From NCBI GenBank assembly GCA_965237675.1, contig OZ250150.1:1632001-1696000 (forward strand): DNA of 64,000 nucleotides, read 5' to 3'. This document shows, piece by piece, positions 28,140 to 38,327 of this stretch. A program made the translations under genes and the position numbers. The stretch is from Candidatus Latescibacterota bacterium. GTDB lineage: Bacteria; Latescibacterota; UBA2968; GCA-2709665. The notes under the pieces were generated by a model that had not been told where the DNA came from, searched no databases, and worked only from the letters and a program-made list of their open reading frames with translations. Positions within the stretch are counted from its first letter, which is position 1. Each line of letters starts with the position of its first letter.

Positions 28140-31100
28140 CTACGCAACAACCGCGGCGGCTTTTTCCTTCAGCGCCGGCAGCAACGCTCCGGCCTCCCGC
28201 TCAAGCCTGGCCAGCGCCTTGTCCACGTCTTCAAGATCCCCTTCGTGCGCCATGTTTTCCAGCCGCAGCGCCGCCTCGACGGTCGGATCCGCATGGAAAA
28301 TAGCCGCCGACCCCTTCAGTGTATGGGCCGCGCGTCGCAGCAGGGAGCAATCGCCATGCCCGATAGCCCGTTTCATTTCTTCAAGGTGCTTCGCGTACTC
28401 CGTAACAAACAGGCCGGCCAGTTCACCCAGCATCGCCTCGTTGCCGCCCACCTGGTCCAGGGCCCCCTGCCAATCCAGTGCGCCGCCATCCACGCCAGGC
28501 TCCGACTGCGATGCACTGTCCGATGAGACGTTATTCTCCACAACATCGTAGAGTTGTCCCGCCCTGATCGGCTTGGGGAGATAGTCGTCCATCCCCTGTT
28601 CCAGGCACCGCTCACGGTCTCCCTGCATCACGTGGGCCGTCATCGCCGCAATTCGAATATGTCCCCCCGTCGTCTTCTCCCGTTCCCTGATCATCCGCGT
28701 TGCCTCCAGCCCGTCCATCTCCGGCATCTGAACGTCCATCAGGACCAGATCGAATGCCCCGTTATCCACCGCCGCGAGCGCCTCTCTGCCGTTGTTGACG
28801 AGCGTAACGTGATGGCCGCGCTGCTCGAGTAAGTCCACAATGACTTTCTGGTTCACCATCCCGTCCTCCGCCAACAGGACGCGGCGCCTATCGGCGGGCG
28901 GCAACGGTTCCATTATCTTTGCGATATCTACGGGCTCGATAACGCTCACTTTGAGGGCCGCCAGCGTCGCATCGAGCAGGTCGGACTGCTTGACCGGTTT
29001 TGTCAGACAGCGCGCAAGCCCCAGCGCATCGCACCGGACAACGTCCTGCGTCCTTCCCGCGGACGACAGAATCAGAATCGGTACATCTTTAACGGCGGGA
29101 TCCCGCCGGAGGCGCTCCGCCAGCGCAAACCCGTCCATATCGGGCATCATCGCATCCAACAAAAACAGGTGGAACGGAAAACCGGTCTTGCCAGCCTTTC
29201 GAACTGTATCCAGCGCCGTCGGACCCGAATCCGCGACCTCAATATTCATACCCCAGGTTCCCAGCATCTCCTCGAATATAAACCGGTTTGTACGGTTGTT
29301 GTCCACCACCAGCGCGCGGAGACCCACCAGAGACTGGAGATCGGCCGCCGACCGCTTCGCCATTTGGGGTTGCGCCTCGAAGATCGCTGTGAAATAAAAG
29401 GTACTCCCTTTGTCCAGTTCGCTCTCCAACCACATCCGTCCGCCCATCATCGCGGCCAGCTGAGATGATATAGCCAGGCCCAGTCCCGTTCCTCCAAACC
29501 GCCGGGAAGTTGAAGAATCCACCTGGCTGAAAGAGTCGAAAATCAGCCGCTGATCTTCCGGTTCGATGCCGATGCCCATGTCTCGAACAAAAAACCTCAG
29601 GCAAACCTTCTCCTCTTCCCGTGCGTCCACCTTGACGTCAACCAGCACATCGCCTTTCGCCGTGAACTTGATGGCGTTGTCCACCAGGTTGATCACGATC
29701 TGCCGCAAACGGCCCGGGTCCCCCACCAGCCTGTCCGGAACATCCGGTGAGATATGGCACGCCAACTCCAGCCCCTTTTGTGTGGCTTTCACTGCAAGGG
29801 TCTGCACGGTGTCCCCCAGCGTATCGCTGAGGTCGAAGCCGATTGCTTCCAGTTCCAGCCTGTCCACCTCAAGCTTGGAAAAATCGAGAATGTCGTTCAA
29901 GAGTGCCAGCAATGCCTCAGAAGACTCCCTGCTCAACTTGAGATACTCGCGCTGTTGAGGTGTCAACTCCGTGTTGCCCAGCAACTCCGTCATGCCCATG
30001 ATGCCATTCATCGGCGTGCGAATCTCGTGGCTCATATTGGCCAGAAACTCGCTTTTTGCGCGATTCGCCTTTTCCGCTACGTCTTTTGCTTTCTGCAACT
30101 CCGCCCGCGAGCGCTCCAGGGCGACCGTACTCTTCTTCAGCGCCTCGTTCGCTTCACGCTCGGCGGCTGCCGTTTTCTCCAGTTGCCGGTTCTTTTTCTG
30201 AAGCTGTATCTCGGCGTGCTTGCGCAGCGTGATATCCCGGACCGTACCGATCATATGCACAGACTGCCCCGCCGTGTCGCCGAATACGCGGCCTTTGTTT
30301 CCCAGCCACCGAATCGTCCCGTCCGGCCATACAACCCGGTGCTCGACTTCAAAATCCACGCGTTCCTTGGTCGTCCGCCGCACCGCACTACGGACCATCT
30401 CCCTGTCTTCCGGGTGCACGTATCCATAAAACGCTTCGCGCGTCCCTTCGAAATCTTCCGGGGCAAGGCCGAACAAAGGCGCAACCAGATCCGACCAGAC
30501 CAGTTCCCCGGTCAGCAGGTTGGAATCCCAACTTCCCATATGGGCGGCTTCCATTGCCAGCTTGAGCCGGGCTTCACTCTCTCTCAACGCTCGCTCTGAG
30601 CGCTTCCGCTCGGAATCCAGATAAGCGAGTGACCGCGAGTACCACCAAATCAGGATGTTCAGCGCTACGATCACCCCAAGGGAGAACAGAGACATTCCGG
30701 ATTCGAACCCCAATATCACTTCGCCGTGAGGCCAGAGCCAGCCCAACGCCAGCGGAATCAGGAAGGCGGGCGGCAGCAACCGGCGCGCCATAGAACCGCC
30801 GGCGGTCGAGCTGACGATGGTTGTCGTTGGTTCCAGGTCCGGACGGGACAAAAACATGCCAATGCACAACAGGCCGAATGTGAGCGTTGTGACGGCGCTC
30901 ATTTGAATATCCCATGTCACTTCCCTGGGAGAGAGCGTCAGATAAAAATGTCCAATTGCATAGCCGGACGATACGATTGAGGCGACAGACAGACACGTCA
31001 GCGCCGGCCACGCGCTTCCTTTGACTCTGAATTGCCAGAGAAACAAGGCCAGGCCGATCAGGGCGAAGTTACACGCCTCATCGCGCAACATATGCCCCGC

Positions 31101-31412
31101 ACCTTCCTCGAAACCGATAAATACGGGGCCCGCGCCAACCAGTTCCAGAAATGCGAATACCACCACGACCGCGCTGATTGCCTTCCCCAGGAACTGCCGC
31201 CTGTCGGATGACCTCCCGCTCCGCAGCAGCCACAGCGCGGTGCCGGCCAGTACGAACATCCCAGCCGTCAACAAAGACATCCATTCCGCGACGGGGGCGT
31301 TGACCAGCCATCCGAACAGAACCAGCAGGGACAACAGAACTACGGCCAGGTTCGCCGCTTGTGCGGCTATCGAGGTCAGCCGCACCAGACGAGGGTCGGC
31401 ATCAGTGTTCAT
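28140..31412 (-). CDS. Membrane hybrid sensor histidine kinase (TM-PAS-HisKA-HATPase-REC-REC-Hpt)
   Basis: [32 protein letters not shown], two receiver domains (LLDAMMP, LMDVQMP), Hpt AHTLKGS. True start 31412; the longer ORF reads through the MITE. Confidence 0.95.
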   Translation of the reverse strand: MNTDADPRLVRLTSIAAQAANLAVVLLSLLVLFGWLVNAPVAEWMSLLTAGMFVLAGTALWLLRSGRSSDRRQFLGKAISAVVVVFAFLELVGAGPVFIGFEEGAGHMLRDEACNFALIGLALFLWQFRVKGSAWPALTCLSVASIVSSGYAIGHFYLTLSPREVTWDIQMSAVTTLTFGLLCIGMFLSRPDLEPTTTIVSSTAGGSMARRLLPPAFLIPLALGWLWPHGEVILGFESGMSLFSLGVIVALNILIWWYSRSLAYLDSERKRSERALRESEARLKLAMEAAHMGSWDSNLLTGELVWSDLVAPLFGLAPEDFEGTREAFYGYVHPEDREMVRSAVRRTTKERVDFEVEHRVVWPDGTIRWLGNKGRVFGDTAGQSVHMIGTVRDITLRKHAEIQLQKKNRQLEKTAAAEREANEALKKSTVALERSRAELQKAKDVAEKANRAKSEFLANMSHEIRTPMNGIMGMTELLGNTELTPQQREYLKLSRESSEALLALLNDILDFSKLEVDRLELEAIGFDLSDTLGDTVQTLAVKATQKGLELACHISPDVPDRLVGDPGRLRQIVINLVDNAIKFTAKGDVLVDVKVDAREEEKVCLRFFVRDMGIGIEPEDQRLIFDSFSQVDSSTSRRFGGTGLGLAISSQLAAMMGGRMWLESELDKGSTFYFTAIFEAQPQMAKRSAADLQSLVGLRALVVDNNRTNRFIFEEMLGTWGMNIEVADSGPTALDTVRKAGKTGFPFHLFLLDAMMPDMDGFALAERLRRDPAVKDVPILILSSAGRTQDVVRCDALGLARCLTKPVKQSDLLDATLAALKVSVIEPVDIAKIMEPLPPADRRRVLLAEDGMVNQKVIVDLLEQRGHHVTLVNNGREALAAVDNGAFDLVLMDVQMPEMDGLEATRMIREREKTTGGHIRIAAMTAHVMQGDRERCLEQGMDDYLPKPIRAGQLYDVVENNVSSDSASQSEPGVDGGALDWQGALDQVGGNEAMLGELAGLFVTEYAKHLEEMKRAIGHGDCSLLRRAAHTLKGSAAIFHADPTVEAALRLENMAHEGDLEDVDKALARLEREAGALLPALKEKAAAVVA

Positions 31413-31423
31413 ATCAGACCATC

Positions 31424-31590
31424 CTATTGTTCTGTCCCAGAAATAGATTGCCGAAATTCGGCCGCCGAGTCGCCCGGCTGGCAAGGCGCCTGAGCAAGGC
31501 GCCCTGCCCAAGGTCGGCGAGCGAAGGCAACGTAGCGAGACGGGATGAATCGGCGGATGAATGGTAACATATTTCTGGGACGGGACACTA
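31424..31590 (+). mobile_element. Full-length empty MITE (~165 bp) with ~21-bp imperfect TIRs
   Basis: Left CTATTGTTCTGTCCCAGAAATA, right TATTTCTGGGACGGGACACTA; the right end overlaps the TAG stop of the gdh fusion. Confidence 0.8.
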
Positions 31591-33237
31591 TGGGAAGACG
31601 CCCCTCAGGAGTTTCGCCTGAGTCACGCGGTGGATCCCTTCAATCAGCGCCGCCGTACGTATATCCAGCCCATCCCGTTCGGACCGCTGCATCGTCCGTT
31701 GGAACGCGTGGAGCAGTATCTGCCTGAGTCGTTCGTTAATCTCCGCGAGCGTCCACATATAATTCTGCGTGTCCTGCACCCACTCGAAATAGGAAACCGT
31801 AACCCCGCCGGCGTTGCCAAGTACATCCGGCAGAATAAACACCCCTTTTTCCTCCAGAATCTCATCCGCTTCCAGGGACGTGGGCCCGTTGGCGCCCTCG
31901 GCCAGGATTCTGCACCGGATCCGTTCGGCATTGTCCGCGGTGATCTGGTTCTGTATTGCCGCGGGAACAAGGATGTCACAGGGTATTTCGAGCAATTCCG
32001 GGTTGCTCACGGCGTCGCCGCCGGCGTATCCTTCCAGACTCCGGTTTTCGTCCGCATATTGCAGCAACGAATCCACGGACAGACCATCGGGATTGTAGAT
32101 TCCGGTGGTCACATCGCTCACGCCCACCACCCTGACACCGCAGGCTTCCAGGAATCGCGCCGCATTGCTGCCCACGTTTCCGAACCCCTGGACAATGGCG
32201 GTTGCGCCGCTCAAGTCCATCCCGATATGTTTGGCCGCCTCCTCCACCAGATACACCAGCCCCCGTCCCGTCGCCTCACGGCGTCCTTCGGAGCCGCCCA
32301 GCACCACCGGCTTCCCTGTGACGACCGCAGGAACGGTATGTCCCATCTGGTGGCTGTAGGTGTCCATCATCCAGGCCATTACGTGTTCGTCGGTGCCCAT
32401 ATCCGGCGCGGGGATATCTTTTTGCGGTCCGATAACGTCGATGATCTCCGAGGTATACCGGCGCGTGAGGCGCTGCAGTTCGGGGCGTGAGAGTACGGTC
32501 GGATCGATCCGTACTCCGCCCTTGGCGCCGCCAAACGGCAGGTTCATCAGAGCGCACTTCCACGTCATCCACATGGCCAGGGCGGTTACCTCGCCCAGGT
32601 TCACGTCCTGATGATAGCGCACGCCGCCCTTGGTGGGGCCCATTGTCAACAGATGCTGAATCCGATAACCCGAGACCGTTTCCACCTGATCGTGTTCATC
32701 CCGCCGGAACGGAAAGGTGACCACGTGGGTGCGCTGAGGAAACAACAGCCGCTGCCGGATGTTGTCGTCCAGTTCCATCAGGTGGGCGGCCTTCAGAAAC
32801 TGCTGCTGCGCCAGCCGGAACATCGGCGACTCCCATTCGGCGTGCAGCGCCCGGCTGCGTTCAACGGCGTATCGGATCGACCTCACCAGCACCGTGCTGT
32901 TCAACTTCGATTTCACGAGATAATCCTGCGCGCCCGCCTGAACGGCACGAGCCGCCAGTTTTATGTCCTTCAGGCTGGACAGGATCACAACCGTCAGGTC
33001 CGGATACGCGGCGCGGACCCGGAAATAGGTGTCCAGATCCTCGCTGTCGGGCAGCACCAGGTCCAGCAGCAGCAACTCGTATCCGTCCGCCGCAAGCCGG
33101 TTCAGCCCGGCCGCGAGCGTATTCGCCGCATCCACCTCGAATACCGGACCGTGTGATTCGGAGAGCAGTTCTCGAATCAAGCGCGTGTGCAGGGGATTGT
33201 CTTCAATCAACAACGTCTTTAGGTTCGTTCCAGGCAT
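31588..33237 (-). CDS. Response-regulator receiver fused to Glu/Leu/Phe/Val dehydrogenase (REC-GDH)
   Basis: REC: LIEDN, LLLLDLVLPD, VILSS, DYLVK. GDH: GPTKGGVRY, WMTWKC, GGAKGG, DIPAPDMGT, VTGKP, ATGRG, QGFGNVG, EGANGP, SYFEWVQ. No stop between the domains. Confidence 0.93.
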   Translation of the reverse strand: MPGTNLKTLLIEDNPLHTRLIRELLSESHGPVFEVDAANTLAAGLNRLAADGYELLLLDLVLPDSEDLDTYFRVRAAYPDLTVVILSSLKDIKLAARAVQAGAQDYLVKSKLNSTVLVRSIRYAVERSRALHAEWESPMFRLAQQQFLKAAHLMELDDNIRQRLLFPQRTHVVTFPFRRDEHDQVETVSGYRIQHLLTMGPTKGGVRYHQDVNLGEVTALAMWMTWKCALMNLPFGGAKGGVRIDPTVLSRPELQRLTRRYTSEIIDVIGPQKDIPAPDMGTDEHVMAWMMDTYSHQMGHTVPAVVTGKPVVLGGSEGRREATGRGLVYLVEEAAKHIGMDLSGATAIVQGFGNVGSNAARFLEACGVRVVGVSDVTTGIYNPDGLSVDSLLQYADENRSLEGYAGGDAVSNPELLEIPCDILVPAAIQNQITADNAERIRCRILAEGANGPTSLEADEILEEKGVFILPDVLGNAGGVTVSYFEWVQDTQNYMWTLAEINERLRQILLHAFQRTMQRSERDGLDIRTAALIEGIHRVTQAKLLRGVFP

Positions 33238-33477
33238 GGTTCCATTGCCCACGCAATTTCAGGTGCGTTTAAGGTACGACCGCGGTACATCGAATATTTA
33301 GCCCTATTGCCGATTCCAGTCAAGTCCAAAGCGCCGCATGAGACGCATTTATGCAATTCGACCTGGTATTTCCTGTGGAAACAGGTAGGGATTCTCCGAT
33401 GCCCCGCCCGTTTTTCGTCACGAAACCTATCCTGAGGATTTAGACGAATAGATCCATCTCCGGTTGCACGTTATCCG

Positions 33478-34446
33478 TCATCGGCTGCCCCGTCGCAGAT
33501 CCAGCCAGTCCACCTCCCCAGGCGTAAGCGGGATATCCAGAGCCTCGAGGTTTAGCCGGCTCTCGTCGACCGACCTGCAACCGGCCACGGTGAAGAGGTT
33601 CAGCGGCTGGTTGACGAGAAACGCGAGCGCGATCTGCGCCACGGTCTTTCCGCGCTCGTTGGCAAGTTCGACCGCGCGGTCCAGCCGCTTGAAGTTCTCT
33701 TCGTACCCGTAGACCTGCGCGCAGCCTTCCGTCATTTCATTCACCATCTCCGTGATATTTTCGCGCCCCAAAAGACCGGAGAAAAAGCCCTGCGCCAGGC
33801 TGGACCAGGAAAACACCGGCATCCGCGATTGCTGGTACCAGGCCCGTTCCTCAGCCCCCCGAGGGCCGGAGATACTCAGACAGCCCTCCCAGATCTCCTT
33901 CAGGCGCACGGCCAGGCTGAAATTCGGACTGCTGGCCACAAAGGGCCTCAGGCCGTGGGTCTCCGCGTACAAATTCGCTTCACGGATGCGATTCACCGAC
34001 CAGTTGGATCCGCCGAAAGCACGGATACGCCCTTCGGACATGTGCTCGTTCAGCGCCTCCACGAGCGGCCCCACGGGCACCCCGAGATCGTCCCGATGAA
34101 GCATGTAGAGGTCGATGTAATCGGTTTTGAGCCGCGCGAGCGAATCGAACAGGTCGGACGCGATGTCGAAAACCGTCACGCGGCGCCGGTCCGCATTGTG
34201 ATGACCGCCCTTGCTCAGAATGAATACCTCGTTTCGATTTCCTCGCCGATCCATCCAGGCGCCTAGCGTCCGCTCCGCCTGTCCGTTCCCATATATCTGC
34301 GCGGTATCAAAGCTGTTGCAACCCAGCGCCCGAATCCCGTCAAGAAACGCGATGCTCGCCTCCAGGTCGTCCGTCGACAACATCAACGTACCCTGTACCA
34401 GCCGGGAAACCGGTTTGTCAATCCCTCCAACGCGTCCGTACTTCAT
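33478..34446 (-). CDS. Aldo/keto reductase
   Basis: FDTAQIYG, SKGG, DYIDLYMLHRD, GGSNW; GGAGG RBS before ATG 34446. Confidence 0.92.
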   Translation of the reverse strand: MKYGRVGGIDKPVSRLVQGTLMLSTDDLEASIAFLDGIRALGCNSFDTAQIYGNGQAERTLGAWMDRRGNRNEVFILSKGGHHNADRRRVTVFDIASDLFDSLARLKTDYIDLYMLHRDDLGVPVGPLVEALNEHMSEGRIRAFGGSNWSVNRIREANLYAETHGLRPFVASSPNFSLAVRLKEIWEGCLSISGPRGAEERAWYQQSRMPVFSWSSLAQGFFSGLLGRENITEMVNEMTEGCAQVYGYEENFKRLDRAVELANERGKTVAQIALAFLVNQPLNLFTVAGCRSVDESRLNLEALDIPLTPGEVDWLDLRRGSR

Positions 34447-34456
34447 CGGTTCCTCC

Positions 34457-34483
34457 ATATTATATTTAGTATAAATATAATAT
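34457..34483. promoter_or_regulatory. Perfect AT-rich palindrome, candidate operator
   Basis: ATATTATATTTA-GTA-TAAATATAATAT immediately upstream of the AKR RBS. Confidence 0.55.
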
Positions 34484-34590
34484 AAAAGGTATGTATCGCG
34501 TCGAAGAAGCTATCAGCTGTCAGCCGTCAGCTAACACTGGAAAGCGATAAGGCCTGGCGATGTCGACCATCGATATCTGCACCGTTACGT

Positions 34591-34695
34591 GGGCAACTTT
34601 GAAAGTTGCCCCTACAAATTCAACAACGGCGCGTAACACGGCGAAATTAATATCACGGATGTCCGGTTTTTGTAGGGGCGGTTCGAGAACCGCCC
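34591..34695. repeat. Pair of GTAG-footed REP hairpins in inverted orientation
   Basis: (-) GTAG-GGGCAACTTTCAAAGTTGCCC at 34591-34615; (+) GTAG-GGGCGGTTCGAGAACCGCCC at 34672-34695. Confidence 0.75.
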
Positions 34696-35392
34696 GCCCG
34701 GCGCCGCGGCGGAAGGGAGAAGGGCAAAACCAAATTTAAAATCCTCACCTCCACAAATTCCCTGCCTCCGGCGGGTTCCTTAAAACCGTGAGACGTAAGA
34801 CGGTAGAGGTAAGAAGGCCACTCAGCCACCCACCGGTTACGCGCCCTCTTTCGCGATCCACTTCTGTATTCCCTTTAGCGAAAGTCCGGCTCCGAGGGTG
34901 TCATATGACAAAGTTACCAACCCCTCTCCCTTCTTGCCTCTTTCTTCTTACCACATTATGTAACCAAAAGTCGCCGCTCGGCGCGGGGCCGTTCATATGC
35001 ACAGCGCGAATTGCCTCACGGGATGCACATAATCTGCTGCCCTACCATCGAAGGCGGATATCGAGGTTCCGTGCGGGACGGAACCTCGCGCTCTGCTATA
35101 TAAGCGCTCTGGAATACGGTCGCGTTCGAAACCGGCTTGGCTTCCTGAGTACGAGGAGCAATTAGCCGTCAGCAGTCAGCTTGAAGCAAAACCGAAAACC
35201 ATACAGAGAGAGGCGAACAGCAATCAACAAAGGCGGTTCGACCCACAATCCACGCGACTGTCCAAACCGGTCAACCACCAGCCAGCCCGGTCTGGCTGAA
35301 GGGAGAGTAGATGCCTGTGGCCGCCCGGAACGCAGCATAAGGGATGAATTGTCGGCAGAATACCGGCGTATTTAAGAGGCCGGACTCTAAGG

Positions 35393-36385
35393 TTATTCCA
35401 TCGGGAATTTCAGCGCTATCCGGTCGCGGACCCTATCCATCGTACCCATGATCGCAACGGTCTCATCCAGCGGAATAACGTCGCTTTCCAGTTTCCCGTC
35501 ACGCAAATAACGTCCCACCGCTTCCGCCTGGCAGTTGTAGCCATTCCCGGCGTACCGTCGCTCGGCCACCGTCTCCTTGCCGTTTCTCACCAGCGACGCG
35601 GTCGTACCACGCCAGAACGGCGGATGGATGCGGATCATCCCATTCCTTCCCATAATATATGCACAGTGAGGCGTGCTGCATTGGATCGACGTATACAGCA
35701 GGGCCATCTCTCCCCTATCGTATCCGAGCATGATCCCGGCCTGCTCGTCCACCGCCAATTCACCGATATGCGCCATGCTTACGACCCGCGACGGCTGGCG
35801 TTGGAACACCATGGACGCGAATGACAGTGTATAGATGCCCACGTCCATCAGCGCACCGCCGCCCAGCGCGGGATCGTAGAGGCGGGGTTTTGAAGTGCCG
35901 GGACTGGATCCGAACCCGAAGTCCGCAGACACCATCCGGACCTCGCCGATCGCGCCTTCACGCAGCCACTGCCTCACCTGGAACATGATCGGCAGAAAGC
36001 GCGTCCACATGGCCTCCATCAGAAAAAGGCCCTCCTCACGCGCCACCGCAACGACTTCTTCGGCCTCCGAACGATTTATCGTAAAGGGCTTCTCGCACAG
36101 TACCGGCTTCCCCGCCTTCAGGCACAGGATACTGTTCTCTTTGTGGAGTGAATGCGGTGTGGCAACGTAGATGACATCGACTTCCGGATCGTTCGCCAGA
36201 TCCGCATAGCACGGGTGTCGCCGTGGAATACCGAATTCATTTCCGAACGTATCCGCCGCTTCCTGCGTCCGCGATCCCACGGCGACCAGTTGCACATCCG
36301 GAACCGCTTCCAGGCCCTTCGCAAACGACCTTGCAATCGACGCCGTGCTCAATATGCCCCACCGGATTCTGTCGCCCATCTCCAT
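35393..36385 (-). CDS. Gfo/Idh/MocA oxidoreductase
   Basis: IRWGILSTASIA, YVATPH, LCEKPF, MEAMWTRF, GGGALMDVGIY. Confidence 0.93.
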   Translation of the reverse strand: MEMGDRIRWGILSTASIARSFAKGLEAVPDVQLVAVGSRTQEAADTFGNEFGIPRRHPCYADLANDPEVDVIYVATPHSLHKENSILCLKAGKPVLCEKPFTINRSEAEEVVAVAREEGLFLMEAMWTRFLPIMFQVRQWLREGAIGEVRMVSADFGFGSSPGTSKPRLYDPALGGGALMDVGIYTLSFASMVFQRQPSRVVSMAHIGELAVDEQAGIMLGYDRGEMALLYTSIQCSTPHCAYIMGRNGMIRIHPPFWRGTTASLVRNGKETVAERRYAGNGYNCQAEAVGRYLRDGKLESDVIPLDETVAIMGTMDRVRDRIALKFPME

Positions 36386-36455
36386 TCCTCACTCGTGATT
36401 TTCTGGCCTGGCGGATTCGCGTAATCGGCCGAAACGGCGGATTGACCACCCACGT

Positions 36456-38327
36456 TCAACTTCCGGCGCTGGAGGACGTTCCTTCCCGCCAGGACGGCAG
36501 CACACCTGGCAATAGCGCCTCCAGTTGTGCCAGCGGTTCCTCCAGGCTGCGAATCGCGCGCACCCAGAATTCCGGCTGATCCAGGGCGCTGCCGATACTT
36601 CGTTTCGCCACATTCTCGGCCGTGTCTTTGCCCGTCAGCCGCAAGAACTTCTCGTACCGGGGCAGGAAGTCCGGCCCTTCCTTCTTGAACATTGCAAAAA
36701 GCCCACGGCTCAACAGATAGCCGAATGTATAGGGAAAATTGTAAAACGTAACGCCCGTAATGTAAAAATGCAGCTTGGATGCCCAGAAATAGGGATCCTC
36801 GCCCCCAACCTGAAGCACCTCGCCAAACACCCTGCGCTGCTTTTCCGCCATCAACGCCTTTAGCTGAGACACGCTCAACTCTCCGCTGCCCCTCTCCTCG
36901 TACAGCGCCCTTTCGAACTCAAACCGCACCGGAATATCCAACAGGTATGCCCCCGCGTGGCCCACCTCCGAGTCTAGAATCACCGCCCTCTGCAGGTCAT
37001 CCATTTCCGGATCTGAAAGAACCCCGTCGGCCAGAATCATCTCCGCGAACGTGGAGGCCGACTCCGCCAGCGTCATCGGGTACCCCCGCGCGAACGGACG
37101 CAGATCGCGCATGACATGGCTGTGAAACGCGTGTCCGGCCTCGTGCGCCAGGGTCAGTGCGTCACCCATGGTCCGGTTATACGTCATAAAGATCCGCGAC
37201 TCCGAGATCATCGACGAACCAGTACAAAAACCACCGGGACGTTTTCCCGGACGCGGTTCATAGTCGATCCACCGCTTGTCGTACATCTGCTGTGTAAACC
37301 GTCCCAGCGCGGGATAAGCCCGTGCGAATGCCCGCTGCACCAGGCCCTTGCCCTCATCCCAATCCATTGGCGACACGTCGGGAAACGGCAGCGGCGCTCC
37401 CAGATCAAACCAGGACACTTTTTCGATGCCCATTGCCTTTGCCTTGAAACGCAAAATCCGGCGCCCAAGCTCAACCTCGGAAAAGATCGCTTCGAACATG
37501 GCGTCCAGCGTCTTCCGCGTGATGGCGGACTGGAACAGGGCCACCTCCAGGAAATGTGGAACTCTCCGGTACCGATTCAACGTCAGTCGCGCGCCGGATA
37601 TCGCATTGAGTGCGGCCGCCGTCACGTCCTCAACGCTTTGCCACGCGGCGTTGCCGCCCTCGAATGCAGCCTTGCGGACCCGCCGATCCGGATTTTCCAT
37701 CAACGACCGCCGCTGGGAAATGGGCAGCGTCTCGGTCCGTTCATCCGGAAACCTCATTTCAAACTCGAGCTTTCCGGACAGGGTGTCGTAAAGCCGGCCC
37801 CACGCCGATAACCCATCCACCCTCAGGTCCGCGGCCAGTGCCTCGCGCTCCGAATCCATCGTATATCGCGCCTCCCGGCGCATCCGTCCTAGGAAATAGC
37901 CGGCGTCCGATAGCGCCTCCCGGCCGGCGAACGTCTTGAAGCTGCCGTCGGATGCCGTTTTCAAACCCCGCAACAGCTCGGTCTGCAGTTTTGAGCCCTC
38001 GGCGTATTGGAGCGTCAGGGCGGCTTCCTCCTTCAAATACGCCTCGTTCCGCGCGTCCGCCGCCGTCAGACATCCCACGTACGATCCGAGATGACGCAGC
38101 CGCGTAAACAGGTCCTCGCTTCGGAGAAAGATGTCCTCCCACGTATCTACGTTGTCCTCCGCCAGCGGCGGCAGCGCCCTTGCTTTATCCAATAGATCCC
38201 GGGTATCCCGTTCCAGGGATTCCTTGAACCGCACCATCTTCGGCCCGTTGAACGCCGGGAAATAACTCGTCAGATCCCAGTTCATCTCCTGCTCGGCATC
38301 TTTCCTCACCATGCGCGCGTTCCTCAT
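36456..38327 (-). CDS. Oligoendopeptidase F (M3B)
   Basis: WDL..F, GKRPGGFC, TLAHEAGHAFH, TLAESASTFAE, FYNFPYTFG. Start at the ATGA overlap; 38312 and 38285 are alternatives. Confidence 0.92.
   Translation of the reverse strand: MRNARMVRKDAEQEMNWDLTSYFPAFNGPKMVRFKESLERDTRDLLDKARALPPLAEDNVDTWEDIFLRSEDLFTRLRHLGSYVGCLTAADARNEAYLKEEAALTLQYAEGSKLQTELLRGLKTASDGSFKTFAGREALSDAGYFLGRMRREARYTMDSEREALAADLRVDGLSAWGRLYDTLSGKLEFEMRFPDERTETLPISQRRSLMENPDRRVRKAAFEGGNAAWQSVEDVTAAALNAISGARLTLNRYRRVPHFLEVALFQSAITRKTLDAMFEAIFSEVELGRRILRFKAKAMGIEKVSWFDLGAPLPFPDVSPMDWDEGKGLVQRAFARAYPALGRFTQQMYDKRWIDYEPRPGKRPGGFCTGSSMISESRIFMTYNRTMGDALTLAHEAGHAFHSHVMRDLRPFARGYPMTLAESASTFAEMILADGVLSDPEMDDLQRAVILDSEVGHAGAYLLDIPVRFEFERALYEERGSGELSVSQLKALMAEKQRRVFGEVLQVGGEDPYFWASKLHFYITGVTFYNFPYTFGYLLSRGLFAMFKKEGPDFLPRYEKFLRLTGKDTAENVAKRSIGSALDQPEFWVRAIRSLEEPLAQLEALLPGVLPSWREGTSSSAGS

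Noticed and set aside
31561-32490. 309-aa ORF antisense to GDH
   Set aside because: Shadow frame from GC3 bias, starting inside the MITE.
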